From the human T2T-CHM13v2.0 reference genome, Homo sapiens: a DNA stretch of 64,000 nucleotides. A program made the position numbers and the translations under genes. Of this stretch, positions 42,296 to 56,055 are shown in pieces. Within the stretch, counting starts at the first letter, position 1; each line of letters starts with the position of its first letter. The notes under the pieces are model-generated. The model did no database searches and had not been told where the DNA came from. It saw only the letters and a list, made by a program, of their open reading frames with translations. Where the stretch lies: the NCBI RefSeq assembly GCF_009914755.1, contig NC_060933.1. One strand, written 5' to 3'.

Positions 42296-43445
42296 GAAAC
42301 ATTTACAGAGTACCCACTGCCCCAGGTGCCATCATAAATGCTTCACATACATTCACTCATGCAGTAGTCACGATATTCCTATGAGATGGGTTTCAACTTC
42401 TATGCCCATCATCAGATGAGAAACTGAAGTGCTGAATGTCTAAGTGACTACTCAAGGTCACACAGCTAGTAAATGACAAGGCAAGGATTCGAGCCTTTGT
42501 AGTCTGGCTCTAGGGTGTGTCTGCTTAACTACACTATTCCCATTGTTTTACCTCCCTCCCTCCCACCAACCCATCCATTCACCCACCCATTCATCCAAAC
42601 ATCCACCCATACATCCATCCATCTGCCCACCCACCTATGCATCCATCTCGAGTTTCATGTAAGAGTTTATTTAATAAAGGAATTCTGAAGAATGATAAAA
42701 AATAAAAACTTGAAAACTACTCAAGATTGCTATTTAAACTGCAAAAGTCCTCAGGGGTGGGGTTCTATGACTCACATTGCACTTAGAATAAAGAGAAATT
42801 CTTTTTATACAATATAAGTTCCTGCAGAATGCAGACACTTTCTACTTCTCCAGCCTCTTTTCGACTCCTCTCCTACTGGCTTCTGTATTTAAGCCACATT
42901 AGACCTTTCTTCAGTTTTTATATCGACTTTGTTGCATCACACCTCAGAGATTCTGTACATGTTCTTCCTCCTGCCTAGAAAGGGTCGTCCCTCCACTTTC
43001 GCCAACTAATCCCTGCTCAACTTTTCATCTCAGCAGGAGGCCCATTCTGTTTGGCAATCCTCTGGCCTCCAGCCCATTTATTATATACTCACATGTCAAC
43101 ATGTACTTCGTACAGCATGTAACACAATTGCACTTTTATATTTTAACAAATTACATTTCCCATATTGAACTGTAAGTCTCCTGAAAGCAGGAATTTTGTT
43201 CTTGCTCATCATCAACTTTTTCAACATCCAGTGCACCATTTAGAACTTAGATGTAGTCAATACAGGTTTGTGGAATGAAAGAGGAAAAGAAAGAATTAAT
43301 ATTCCTTTAAATTAGGATGGCAAAGATCGTATATAGAAAATTGGCTACGTTGTGGTCCATTCATGTTTGCTCCCAATTAAGGAGCACAGCTATGAAAAGG
43401 AAGGCTTCAAATTAATAACCAATAGATTTTTTAAAAAAGAAAACT

Positions 43446-43747
43446 GGCCAGGTACTGTGGCTTATGTCTGTAATATCAGCATGTTGGGAGGCCAAGGCAG
43501 GATTACTTGAGCCCAGAAATTCCAGACCAGCCTGAGAATTTGGCAAAACTCTGTCTCTACAAAAAATACAAAAATTAGCCAAGTTTGGTGGCATGTGCCT
43601 GTAGTACCAGCTACTTGGGAGGCTGAGGTGGAAGAATAGCTTGAGTCTGGGAGGTCAAGGCTGCAATGAGCTGTGATCGCACCACTGCACTCAAGCCTGG
43701 GTGGTAGAGTAAGACCCTGTCTCAAAAAAAAAAAAAAAAAAGAAAAA
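43446..43747 (+). mobile_element. AluJ
   Basis: Diverged dimer with poly-A tail. Confidence 0.88.
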
Positions 43748-44100
43748 TCACTAAGCAAAATAAGACATGTGAAGGATCATGTCAAAGGTAAGAAAAATTA
43801 GGGGAACATTAAAAGCTTTCTTCCCAAGCCACTAAATCAACTTGACTAACAAAATTACCACTTGATTTAGCATTAGAAAATTACATTACATATCAAACAT
43901 AAACCCATTAATCAAATACTAAAGAAATTTCTGAGTTAAATGGTATAATGTTAGCTTATGCCAGAGCTGACCTTGAAAGATTGTTCAAATATGGCTCAGT
44001 GTGACTGAAAGTTCTGTGTGAATATGTTTTTGGAAAGATCCAACAGCAACACCTTAGTGTATGTTTTTGAAATAAAATGTATCTGAGTAGCAGCAAAGTT

Positions 44101-45480
44101 ATCCATTTCTTCTAGGTCCTCCAATTTGTTGGCATAAAATTGTTCATAATAATCCCTTATGAGCATTTTTATTTCTGAGGTATCTATTGCAATGTCTCCA
44201 CTTTCATTTCTGATTTTATTTGAGTCTGCTTTTTTTAGTGAATCTAGCTAGGAGTTTGTAGATTTTATTTTTTCAAAGAACCAACTTTTGATTTTATTTA
44301 TATTTTCTATAGTTTTACTATACTACATTTTGTTTGCTTTTGTTCTGATCTTCATTATTTCCTTCCTTTTGCTCACTTTGGGTTTAGTTTGTTCTTTCTT
44401 TAGCTCCCTGGGGCATAGTGTTAGTCTACTTATTTAGATCTTTTTCCTTTTTTAATCTAGGCATTTATTGCTATAAACTTCTCTCTTAGAACTGACTTTG
44501 CTGCATACTGTAGGTTTTGATACATTGTGTTTCCATTGTCATTAATCTCAAAATATTTTTTAATTTCCCTCTTGATTTCTTCTTTGACCCGTTAGTTCAT
44601 CATAAGCATGTTGTTTAGTTTCCACATATTTGTAAATTTTCCAAGATTCCTCCCGTTATTGATTTTTAGCTTCACACCATTGTGGTTGGAAACAATACTA
44701 GAAGTGATTTCAACCTTTTTGAATTTGTTAAGGTTTATTTTGTGGCCTAACATATGGTCTATCCTGGAGAATGTTCTATGTATGCTAGAGAAGAATGTAT
44801 ATTCTGCTGTTGTTGGATGAATGTAGGTCTGGTAGGTCCATATGGTCTGAAGTATAGTTCAAATTTAGTGTTGTCTTGTTAATTTTTTGTCTGGTTGATC
44901 TCTCCATTGTTGCAAGTGGAGTACTGAAGTCCCCTATTAGTGTTATATTGCTGTATATTTCTTCCTTCATGTCCACTAATATTTGCTTTACATATTTAAG
45001 TGCTTCAATTTTGGATGCATATATGTTTACAATTGTTATGTCCTCTTGATAAGATGACCTCTTTATCATTAAATCATGACCTTCTTTGTCTCTTGGAACA
45101 GCTTTTTACTGGAAGTCTGTTTTATCTGCTATAAGTATAGGCATCCCTGCTCTCTTTTGGTAACTGTCTGTTTTCATGGAATATCTCCTTCTATCCCTTT
45201 ACTTTCAGTATATGCCTATTCTTAAAGTTTAAAAATGGGTCTCTTGTAGGCAGCATCTAGTTGGATCTTGTTGTTGATCCACTCAGCCATTCTATATCTT
45301 TTGATTGGACAGTTTAACCCATGTACCAGCAAGGTTATTATTGATAGTAAAAGACTTACTCCTGCCATTTTGCTAATTGTTTTCTGGTTACTTTGTAGAT
45401 AATTTGTTCTCTTCTTCCTCTATTGTTGTCTACCTTTGTGGTTTGGTGGTTTAGTTTTCTGCTTTGTGGTTACAATATTG
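44101..45480 (-). mobile_element. Old L1 ORF2 N-terminal (endonuclease) fragment
   Basis: Track ORF 44785..45069 QEDITIVNIYA...IGDFSTPLATMERSTRQKIN matches L1 EN motifs. Confidence 0.88.
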
Positions 45481-46530
45481 TTTTTTAAATATTCAACATG
45501 AATACACTTTCTTGTTTGGATAACGTGTAAAACGTCTACAAGGAGGGATAGATAATAAGTTTTCCCTTCAGAATGCACTGCTTTGCCTGGGATGAGGAAT
45601 AATTTATAATGGTAACTGTTGCTGGTTAAAATTTGGCTCCTACCCACATTCATGCAAACTCAGCATTCTAGATTAAAAGAGATTTAAGAGACTTGCCAAG
45701 CAAATGCATGGCATCCTTAGATGTATCCTGATTTGAATAAAACAGCTATAAATAATAATATTTTGGGGATTATTGAAAAATTTGACTATAGATTAGTTTT
45801 CAGGTGATATTGGAGAATTAATGTTATTATTGTTAGGTATGTTAGCACGGTCATGCAGCAACGTGTCTTTCTTTTTAAGAGATGCATACAAAAATATTTG
45901 GGTGTGAAATGTTCTCGTGCTATAATTTGCTTTAAAATTCTTCAGAAAAAAAAAGATAAGCAAAATAGAAAAACAAGATAATGGGTACATGTTATCTATT
46001 TCTTATTCTCCCTATTTTTTTGTGTGTTCAATTTTTAAAAGAAATTTACTCCATACATATATCCCACCCCCTCCACTAAGGACCCCCAAACTATAAATTG
46101 CTGTGAATATAAGAAAAAGTGAAACAATTCTATGATTTTGAGAGAAAGTCAACACTGTAGGAAAAAGAGAGCCCAGGATTTGGGCTAAAAATCATTAATC
46201 TGACCCTGATCAACCCTGTGGCCTTCAGCAGTAACTGAGCCTCTCAGGCCTTTGATTTGTTGATGTGTAAAATGAGGGTCATTGTCATTTAGACAACGAC
46301 CTTCAGGGTATGTTTTAATGTTAAAATTCAGAGTCCTTCCATATCAGATAAGCATCAACTATTCAATAGTTTATGCTGAAGAGTACAGGGGACCAAGAGA
46401 CCACCCAAATGGGTTCATGAGCCCATCATGCCACTTCTTTGTTGGATCACTTTGGGCACCTCACTAAATTTTTCTGAGCTAGGTCCTCTGCACCTTGCTT
46501 GTCTATCATCAAAGGGTCACTGTGAGACTA

Positions 46531-46749
<219 letters not shown>

Positions 46750-47726
46750 CTAAACCATCCAAAAAAAAAAAAAAATCAATCCAGTTGCTTGGGATTAAAG
46801 GCATTTCAACAGGAAAGTGCCCCAGGCTCTGTTAACATACAGCCAATCACTTGATAAAAGAAACAGAGTAGGCTTTAGATTAGGGGAGGCAGGGTAGGGG
46901 GAGCACTGACATTGTCTCTCCTATCTAATGTCTCTAAGACCATTTGGTGCACCTGCATCTAGCAGTCAATTATTAACCTGTAAATAGGATATGCCTCACT
47001 GATCTTCAGTCGTTTGAAACATCTGCTTCTGATAATCGAGGAGTTAGCTTGAATCACACAAGAAGTTCTTAGTTTGCTACTGACTCAGAAACTATGCATG
47101 TGAACATGCTAGAGATTACAAGAAAAAAGAAATGGAGTGCTTCTCTGCTTCTTCTGCTTCCTGTAACTTAGAACAAGCTCAGAGAGCAAGGGGACTGATT
47201 TACTACAACCTCATCATCTGTAGGCATATTTTAACTGTAATCTTCAGGAATGACTTTTCTCCTGAAAGTAGGAATTCTCTTTCTGCTGTTAAGTGACAGC
47301 ATGTGCTGGAGACATTGGAGAAATTACCCAGTCATGCTAAGCAGAGATCTGGAGGTCATCCATGGATGCAGCCAGATTCTTTCTAGAGCTACAAAACTGA
47401 CTTTCTAAAAAGTCAGCAACACAGCGCTGAAGAACATTTATTGCTACATCTTGTTTTAAAATTGGATTCAATATCATCCAATCTAGTAGTTCTCAATATT
47501 TCTACAAAATAGAATCACTTATGAAGCTTTTCAAAATCCTAGTACTCAAACTGCATTCTAGACTGATGATATTGCAATCTCTGGGGTTGAGAGCCCAGCA
47601 TTAGTAGTTTTAAAGCTCCACAGATGATTCCAATGTTCAGCCAAGCTCAGTAATAAAGCCCCCTTGTTACTCAAAGGGCTGGCAGCATGGGCATCACCTG
47701 CAAGCTTGATAGAAATGCAGAACCTC

Positions 47727-48355
<629 letters not shown>

Positions 48356-49627
48356 TTAACATACAGTTCAACAACAAAGTTGCCCTGGCACCATCATTGC
48401 TAGAGGTCAGTCACTGACCAAATATAACAATCAGCGAGATCAGGGGAAAAAAAATTACAGAAGAGATCAAAACACACACACACACACACACACAGAGCTC
48501 AAAAGCAAAGTGGCCTTGGGATGATTTAGTATGGAAATCCACAAGATCCCCAGGCTACATATTTTCAAGTAGAGGAGACAGATTATAAACAAATAAGCAA
48601 TAATAATAATAGTTACTAGTGAGGTACATATTAGGAAGGAATTAGACTGCTGTAATAGAGAATAAAGGATGTCAATTTTAATAATGAGATAATAATAATA
48701 GCTAAGGGAGCTTAGATTTTATTCTAAGTACAACCAGAATCCATTGAAAGGTTTTAAACAGTGGAAGTGACCTGATGGCATTTTTAAACATCATGGGCTG
48801 AGCAGCCCAAATGTTCCTATTAAAAAGTAAGTCACATCAAGTCACTAAAACATTCCAATAGCTTTCCTTGTCCCCCACCAACCCAAAACAAAGCCAAAGT
48901 CTTCATTGTAGTCTACAAGGCCCTACATAATCTGACCTCCATCATGTACCATTCTCCATCACCCTCCCCTCCCGCCCTCCTCCTTCTGTTCCAGCCACAA
49001 CGGAACAGAACAGCTATTCCTCAAACATACCAAACACGATCCTGCCTCAGGGCCCTTGCATTTTCTTTTTCCTCTGCTTAGAATACTTGCCCAGATATTA
49101 ACATACCTGCCCTCTACTGTCTTTTGGGTTTCTGTTTCAATGTAAGCTAATCAGAGATAGCACCCTTGACAGCCCTATATAATACTATAGCCAGAAGTCC
49201 CTAACTTTTCTATTGTTTCCTATTTCCTTCACCGTGCTATAATTTTCTGGATCACATATGTTGCCTTTAACATTTTCCATATTATTTATTTTCCCACTGT
49301 ATGTAAAGCCCAAGGACTTTTCACTGCTATATCCCAAGAACCTAAAATAAATCTGGCATGTGGTAAGCGTACAATAAATATTTGTTGAATTAATGAATGG
49401 AGAATAATGAATGCATGATGAATGGCTTCTCTGGGAGAAATACCTTGAAGGGGGGCAAGAGCAGAAAGAGGAATATCAGACGGGAGACTCTTCAAGTCAA
49501 GTGTTGATAGAGTCTTGGACTAGGCTAGAGCCAACAGAAATGAAAATTAGTCATTTGGTTTGAGATACATTTTTGGAAGGAGGATCAACAGAATATGCAG
49601 GTGGGCTGGAATATGGAAGAGAGGGGC

Positions 49628-50453
49628 TGTGGTAAATAGCCTCCAAAATGGCCCCAATGGTCCTTGCCTTTTGGCATTTGTGCCTTTTTGTGGTCCCCTC
49701 CCACACTGAACGATGCAGATCTGGGTAATCAGTATATATTGCAGAAGTGATTGTGTGTGACTTCCATGGTGAGGCCATAAATGGCATGGACACTTCTGCC
49801 CTGCTCTCTTGGACAGCTTATTTTGGGATAGGCCAGCCGCCATGTCATGAAGACACTCAAGAAGCCCTGTGAAGAGGAAGCAAGGCCTGCCAACAACAGC
49901 CAGCACCAACTTTCCAGCCAAGGGATTGAGCCATCTCACAGTGGATCCTCCAGCCCCCACCAAGCCTTCATATGACCAAACCAACACCAACATGTAACTG
50001 TGACCTCATGTGAGTCCCCAAGCCAGAATACCCATCTCCTGTCTCAGAAATGATGAGAAATAATAAATATATGTGCTCACACATATTACCATCTAATTTT
50101 CTACATTATATGTTTATTTCCCCACTGTATATAAGATCCAAGGACTGTTTTTTTTTCACTGCTATATTCCAAGAACCTAGAACAAATCTGGCATATGGTA
50201 AGTATACAATAAATATCTGTTGAATTAATTAATGGGAAAAAATAAATGAATGATGAATGGCTGCTCTGGAAAAAATACCTTGAAGAGTGGCAGGAGCGGA
50301 AAGAGGAGGATCAGATGGGAGGCTAACAGCCAGCACCACCTTGCCAGCCAAGTGACTGAGCCATCTTGCAGTGGATCCTCCAGCCCCCATCAAGCCCCAA
50401 CTAAGCCACTAAGTTTCATGGTAATTTCTTACACTGCAATAAATAACTAATAC
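49628..50453 (+). mobile_element. MLT1-type MaLR LTR disrupted by a local duplication
   Basis: TGTGGTA start, MLT1 internal motifs, AATAACTAATAC end. Confidence 0.6.
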
Positions 50454-51689
50454 TGGACCAGTGAGAAAAGGAGTCAAGAATAATCTCAGCTTTCTACCTT
50501 TAATAACTTAATGGATAGTGGTGCTATTAATCAAGTCAGGAAAGAGAAAGGACAATAATTACACCTATAGTATTACCCAAAGTCATGATAAATTATTTTC
50601 CATATGCTCTTGCTAAAATTTATGTAGTCATTCAACTCATTTTATTGAGTATCTACCATGAAACCGGCAATATGGAAGAACCTTCTGATATAGAACTGAA
50701 TATAATTTAGTCACTGCCCTCAAGTAATAAGTCTGGAGAATCAAGAATCTGAAAAATGTTTGTAGCTTTTGTTCAAAATTTTCTCTCAGCCATTTAAAGG
50801 GAAAATTATGAAGATTGTATAGTGGTGAGAGACTGGGATAGCAGTCCACAAAAACTTAGGAAGCCCTTCCATAGCACAGAGTCAATGCTGAGGAACAACT
50901 GCCCAGCCAGGTGCTACATTTTCCAACCCACCCTTGCATCTAGGTGTGGCCACATGGTGCATTTGGACAATGGGTGATAAACTAGTATGAGAATAAGAAC
51001 AGAAGTAATGTGTGTTTTTTCTAGGCTGAGGATATCAGAAAACAGACATATCATCTCTACACTGCTTATTTCTCTTTCTACAGATTCAGTACAGGTAATC
51101 ATGTGGCTCTAGGCAATGCCAGAGTCACAAGAGGGAAGGAAACTGAGTCCCCATCCCATTTGGTAGACAAGAGTCTTTGCCCACCAGGGACATCCTCACT
51201 GGACTATTGTGTGAGTGAGAAATAACATTCTATTGTTTTTAAGGCAATAAAAATTGCCTACATTTCAGGTCTATTTATTACAACCACCCACATTTTCCTA
51301 AGCAGTAGCGAAAGAAACATAAACAATAGTTTAATGCCAAATCAAAAATGTCAAATGCAAAATTATTTTATGCTATCACAGTATAAAATTATGTCCACTT
51401 TGGGGCAAGGACTTAGAAAAATGCAGAAATAAACATGTAAAGTTATTAAGTAGGAACGATTGTGGATACATTTTTATCTTATTAAATTTCAGTTATTTTT
51501 GGAAAGGTAATACACATTCTGTTTAAGAAGGTTAAAGTGAGTAATTACACTTGAATAAAGCTTCAACCTGAAATACTTTAGTTATAATTGGAGAATTAAC
51601 AGAAGATTAAATTCTAGATATCTGGAAATTTTACCTATGTGAGATCTGCTCATTAACCCATCAATACCAGAGAGAAGAGGTATTGCTGG

Positions 51690-52590
51690 ACACGGTCCTA
51701 TCATCTGGGGGATAAGTACTGGAGGAGATGTGAAAGAGAGGGTGATGGGGCTTCTGAGGTAAGACATGGAAAATTGTGAAGATATTTGTGTCCCTTATGG
51801 ACACTCACCAGATGGTGACCTAGGCAGAGGAGGATTTTAATAACAGGATGACCAGTTCTGTGGATGTCAATGAGTGGCTTTCCCCCAGCCATTGCTGTCA
51901 TTGTCCAATGGGCTCATGAGCCAAGTGGCTGATACGGTTTAGATGTTTGTCTCCTCCAAATCTCCTATTGAAATGTAACCCTCAGTGTTAGCGGTGGGGC
52001 CCAGTGAGAGGTGTTTGGGTCACGGGGGTGAGTCCCTCATGAATGGCTTAGCACCACGTCCTCGATGATAAGTGTGTTCTCGCTCTGAGTTCACATGAGA
52101 TCTGCTTGTTTAAAAGTATGTGGCACCTTCTCTTTTGTTCTCTTGCTCCCACTCTTGCTGTGTGATATGCCTGCTCCCACTTTGTCATCTGCCATGTGTA
52201 GAAGCTCCTGAGGCCTCACCAGAAGCCAAGGAGATGCCGGCACCAGGCTTGTACAGCCTTCAGAACCATGAGCTAAGGAAACTTCTTTTCTTTGTAAATT
52301 ACCCAGCCTCAGGTATTTCTTTATAGCAATGCAAGAATGCTGTAATACCATGGCCGTGATGGCAGGGATGAAGGCTATGCATGGGCTCAACAACATGGAG
52401 GTTCACTCACCAAGGCTGACCTGGCTATGGCCACTGCAGAGTGCCTACTCTACCAGCAGCAGGGACCAACACTGAGTCTCCTTATGGTACCATTCCCCAA
52501 ATGATCAGCCAGCTACCTGGTGGTAGATTGGTTAATTTGGGCCACTTCCATCACGGAAGATGCAGCACTTTGTCCTTACTAGAATACACA
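51690..52590 (+). mobile_element. ERV-L pol (RNase H / integrase) remnant interrupted by an MST-type LTR (~51929-52348)
   Basis: Degenerate QWAHEPSG / GRDEGYAWAQQHG / KADLAMATAECLLYQQQGPTLS resemble the ERV-L integrase zinc finger; LTR flanked by GTGGC/ATGGC. Confidence 0.75.
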
Positions 52591-53160
52591 CAAAGAAGAG
52601 GAGATATGAAGACAGATGCAAAGATTGGAGTGATGCAGCCACACCCGGGAAGCCAAGGAATGTATTCTGCTGCCAGAAGCTGGAAGAGGCAGGGAGCAGA
52701 TTCTCCCTAGAGCATCTACAGAGTCTGGCCACGCTGATACCTTGATTTTGACTTCTGGCCTCCGGAACTGTGAGAGAATAAATTTCTGTGATTTTAAACC
52801 ACCAAATATGTGGTAATTTGTTATGGGAGTCCTAGGAAATGAATACAAAGTTTGTAATGTAATACAAAGTTTGTATGAGCTTCACAAGGCTGCTATAACA
52901 AATTGCCATAAACTTGGTGGCTAAAAGTGATTAAAATTTATTCCCTTACAGTTCTGGAGGCCAGAAGTTCAAAATCAAGGTGTCAGTGGCGGTCTGCCTC
53001 ATCGAAAGGCTCTAGGGGAGGACCCTCCCTTGCCTCTTCCAGTTTCTGTTGCCTCCACATATTTCCGAGCTTGTGTTCACGTCACTCCAATCTCTGCCTC
53101 TGTTTTCACGTCACTTTCTTCTCTGCTTGTCTATGTCTTCTCTTCTGTTCACCCTCTCTC
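52590..53160. mobile_element. Two MLT1 LTR fragments in opposite orientation
   Basis: GACTTCTGGCCTCCGGAACTGTGAGAGAATAAAT (+) and its reverse complement near 52935-52985 (-). Confidence 0.65.
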
Positions 53161-55197
53161 TACCAATTAGCCCAGGATAAATGCCATCAGAAAAGGTATG
53201 GCTTTCAAGATCTAGTCATTGATAAAAAGAAATATAACTTTTGGAAGCCCTTTTGTATAAAGAAAAAGCACTCAACTTGAAGTTAAAAGGCATAGGTATG
53301 AGTCTTGACTCTACCCCCTGACATAGGATCAATCATTTAACTTCTCTGAGGCTCTGCGTCTTTATCTGAAAAGCCAAGGAAGAAGAGGGTTGTTAAAATC
53401 CACCGAAGATCAGATTCTATAAACAAAAACTCTTTGTTAAATTAACCATGACACAAATTATTCTATTGTCTTCCCCCAATCCCACAACCCCCTCCAACAT
53501 TTAAAATTCATCTTTAGATAGCAGATTATCCCTTAAAGTACCATTTTACTCTCTGAAAAAGTCCTAGAAATACTACCCTCTGTCAATGCAGCAGACCGCT
53601 ACCTTGCAAGGAAAAGATGGTCTACTTACATAATTATCCTTAGTTATGTTTACAGCATTGAAGCAGACAATATCTGACTTTCATTCCTGAGTGAAATCCA
53701 GACCACAGCCCAGGGAGGACCAAGCCATGGCATTCTGTTGCTCCCCGCTGAACGTCCCACACCATAGGGTCTGGCTTTGGCTGGAAGAAGGGCAACCTCA
53801 CCCAGTCCTCCAGAAGGTGCACACACCCAAGTGGATGCTACTGCCATTAAGGGGCATTTCCTTCAACTCCCACGCGGAAAAGGGGGCAAAGTGGACCCTA
53901 GTCCACTGTCACTCACACACATGTACAGATCCCAGGGTCCACACAGATACAGATCCCAGGGTCCACATCTATCACATATATGAACATTATCACACAGACC
54001 CCTGCAGACACATCTGTGAGGCATATGCATTCCCAAACACACAGACAGACTCATGATAAATTTGTTCCTACCCAGCCGTGACTTCTAAATGCTTGGGGAA
54101 ACCAAGACATAGTAGAAAGGAGTGTGCAATTATCATTTCCCATGGTGCCGTTACTTAAGAACTCTTTGTGTCCGTCCTTCTAATGGCACCAATGCCTCCC
54201 ATCAAGCCTTAAACCTCACCTAAAGTATGTCATTGGGCTTTTTCATCCATAAATGAGCATACCAGGTGCCAAGGGAATCAATATGCCCTTTCACATGCCT
54301 TAGACCAGTGTCCAAAGAAAGATAAAATGTTATTCTACAAAAGCTTTCTCCCAGCATTTCTATTCCTTTACATTTTGTGCCATATACAACTATGGTTTTT
54401 TAATGATCTTATTTCTGACAGCTGTTTTTCTTCAGAACATCAACAGCTTCTTTCCTAAATTAGTTTTAGTATGAGTTCCATTTCTAATTAGCTCAAATTA
54501 AAGTCCTAGAGAGCAGCTAGGTAATATTTAAACCCTCAGGCTAACATTTCGGAGTAGGTGCAGAATGTTGACTCTAAATGACTTTTTCCTGTGACATAAC
54601 ACGCATTGAAAGCAGGATTTCTTTCACGTGTGAAATGTCTTAAATCAGACTTACCCTTTGTGATTCTTTTAGCTTTAAATGTCATTTAAGAAAAAAAAAG
54701 AAAAGAAAATTAAGCATGACATTCCCCAATATCCTCTGCTCACTGTGTTATAATCCCTGTCACTCCCCAAGTGAATTGGAGAGAGTGAAGACACAATGAA
54801 CAGAAACTTCCCTGATGCTTCACAGAGGAAGTGTTCTCCGGGACCACACAGCCTCCACCATGTCCATCTACGAAGGGCTGTGGCAAGCCATATACACAAA
54901 GATGCCTGTTTCCTGTCTTCTCGGTTAAAAACAAAAACAAAACACTGGAAGGAACCCCAAAGCCAAGCTGCCATGGGTTGCAGAGTGCCAGCCCTTAAGT
55001 AGTGTTGTCCATGGGTAAACAGGAGACGGATAAGGGCAATTTCAAGAAAATAACAAACTCAAGGCATGAATGTGGTTATCCAAACATCAAGGGACTCCTT
55101 CATTTGCATTTGGATAATTGTGCAGTTATATGATTTGTTACATGGAGACCAGATGGAAGTAAGAGAGCTCATCCTCAACTTCCTGTACCTCTGGAAG

Positions 55198-55303
55198 TCT
55201 TTACACACATGCTGGAGAGACAGATTCTTTACACACATGCTGGAGAGACAGATTCTTTACACACATGCTGGAGAGACAGATTCTTTACACACATGCTGGA
55301 GAG
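55198..55303. repeat. 28-bp minisatellite, ~3.8 copies
   Basis: TCTTTACACACATGCTGGAGAGACAGAT repeated without mismatch. Confidence 0.95.
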
Positions 55304-55750
55304 AGAGACGAGAGTTCATGAGCATCAAACCACCATGGATTTCATAATCAATTCCTAACATCTGAATAGATGCAGAAAAGTCACAGGCATCTAGAAGTGT
55401 GGCCCAAGTTCTGTTCTTCAATCGGCCCACCCATTATCCCTATGTATCTCGATTTTGTTATCTAAAAGATCACATGATGGAGGATGTAAGCAAGTAACAC
55501 AGCCAAGACCCAGTTTACAGTGTCTAGTACCTAACAGACTCTTGACACATTTCACTTGCCCTTGAGTCAATCTTTCCATGTCACTGAATATTCTTCCACA
55601 ACACGATTTTAATGGATATAGTCGTCCGTTGTTTAAATGTACCATTATTGACCAATGTAAAAATGTTCTTTGATCTCAAATTTTTATATGTAAAACAAAA
55701 ACATGTTTGAGGACTAAACCCACACTGTAGTATAAATTAAACTGGATGTA

Positions 55751-56055
55751 GGCCAGGCATGGTGAGTCACACCTATAGTCTCAGCATTTTGGGAAACCAA
55801 GACAGGAGGATGGCTTGAAGCCAGGAGCTCAAGAGCAGCCTGGGCAATACAGCAAGACCTCATCTCTACAAAAAAATAGGAAAAATTAGCTGGCCATGGT
55901 GGCGTGCACCTGTAGTCCCAGCTTCTTGGGAGGCTGAGGTGGGAGGATCCACTGAGCCCAGGAGTTTAAGGCTGCAGTGAGCTTGGATAACAACTGCACT
56001 CCAGCCTGGATGACAGAACAAGAATCTGTTTCAAAAAAGAAAAAAGAAAAAAAAA
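55751..56055 (+). mobile_element. AluJ
   Basis: Diverged dimer; TSD AAACTGGATGTA. Confidence 0.88.
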
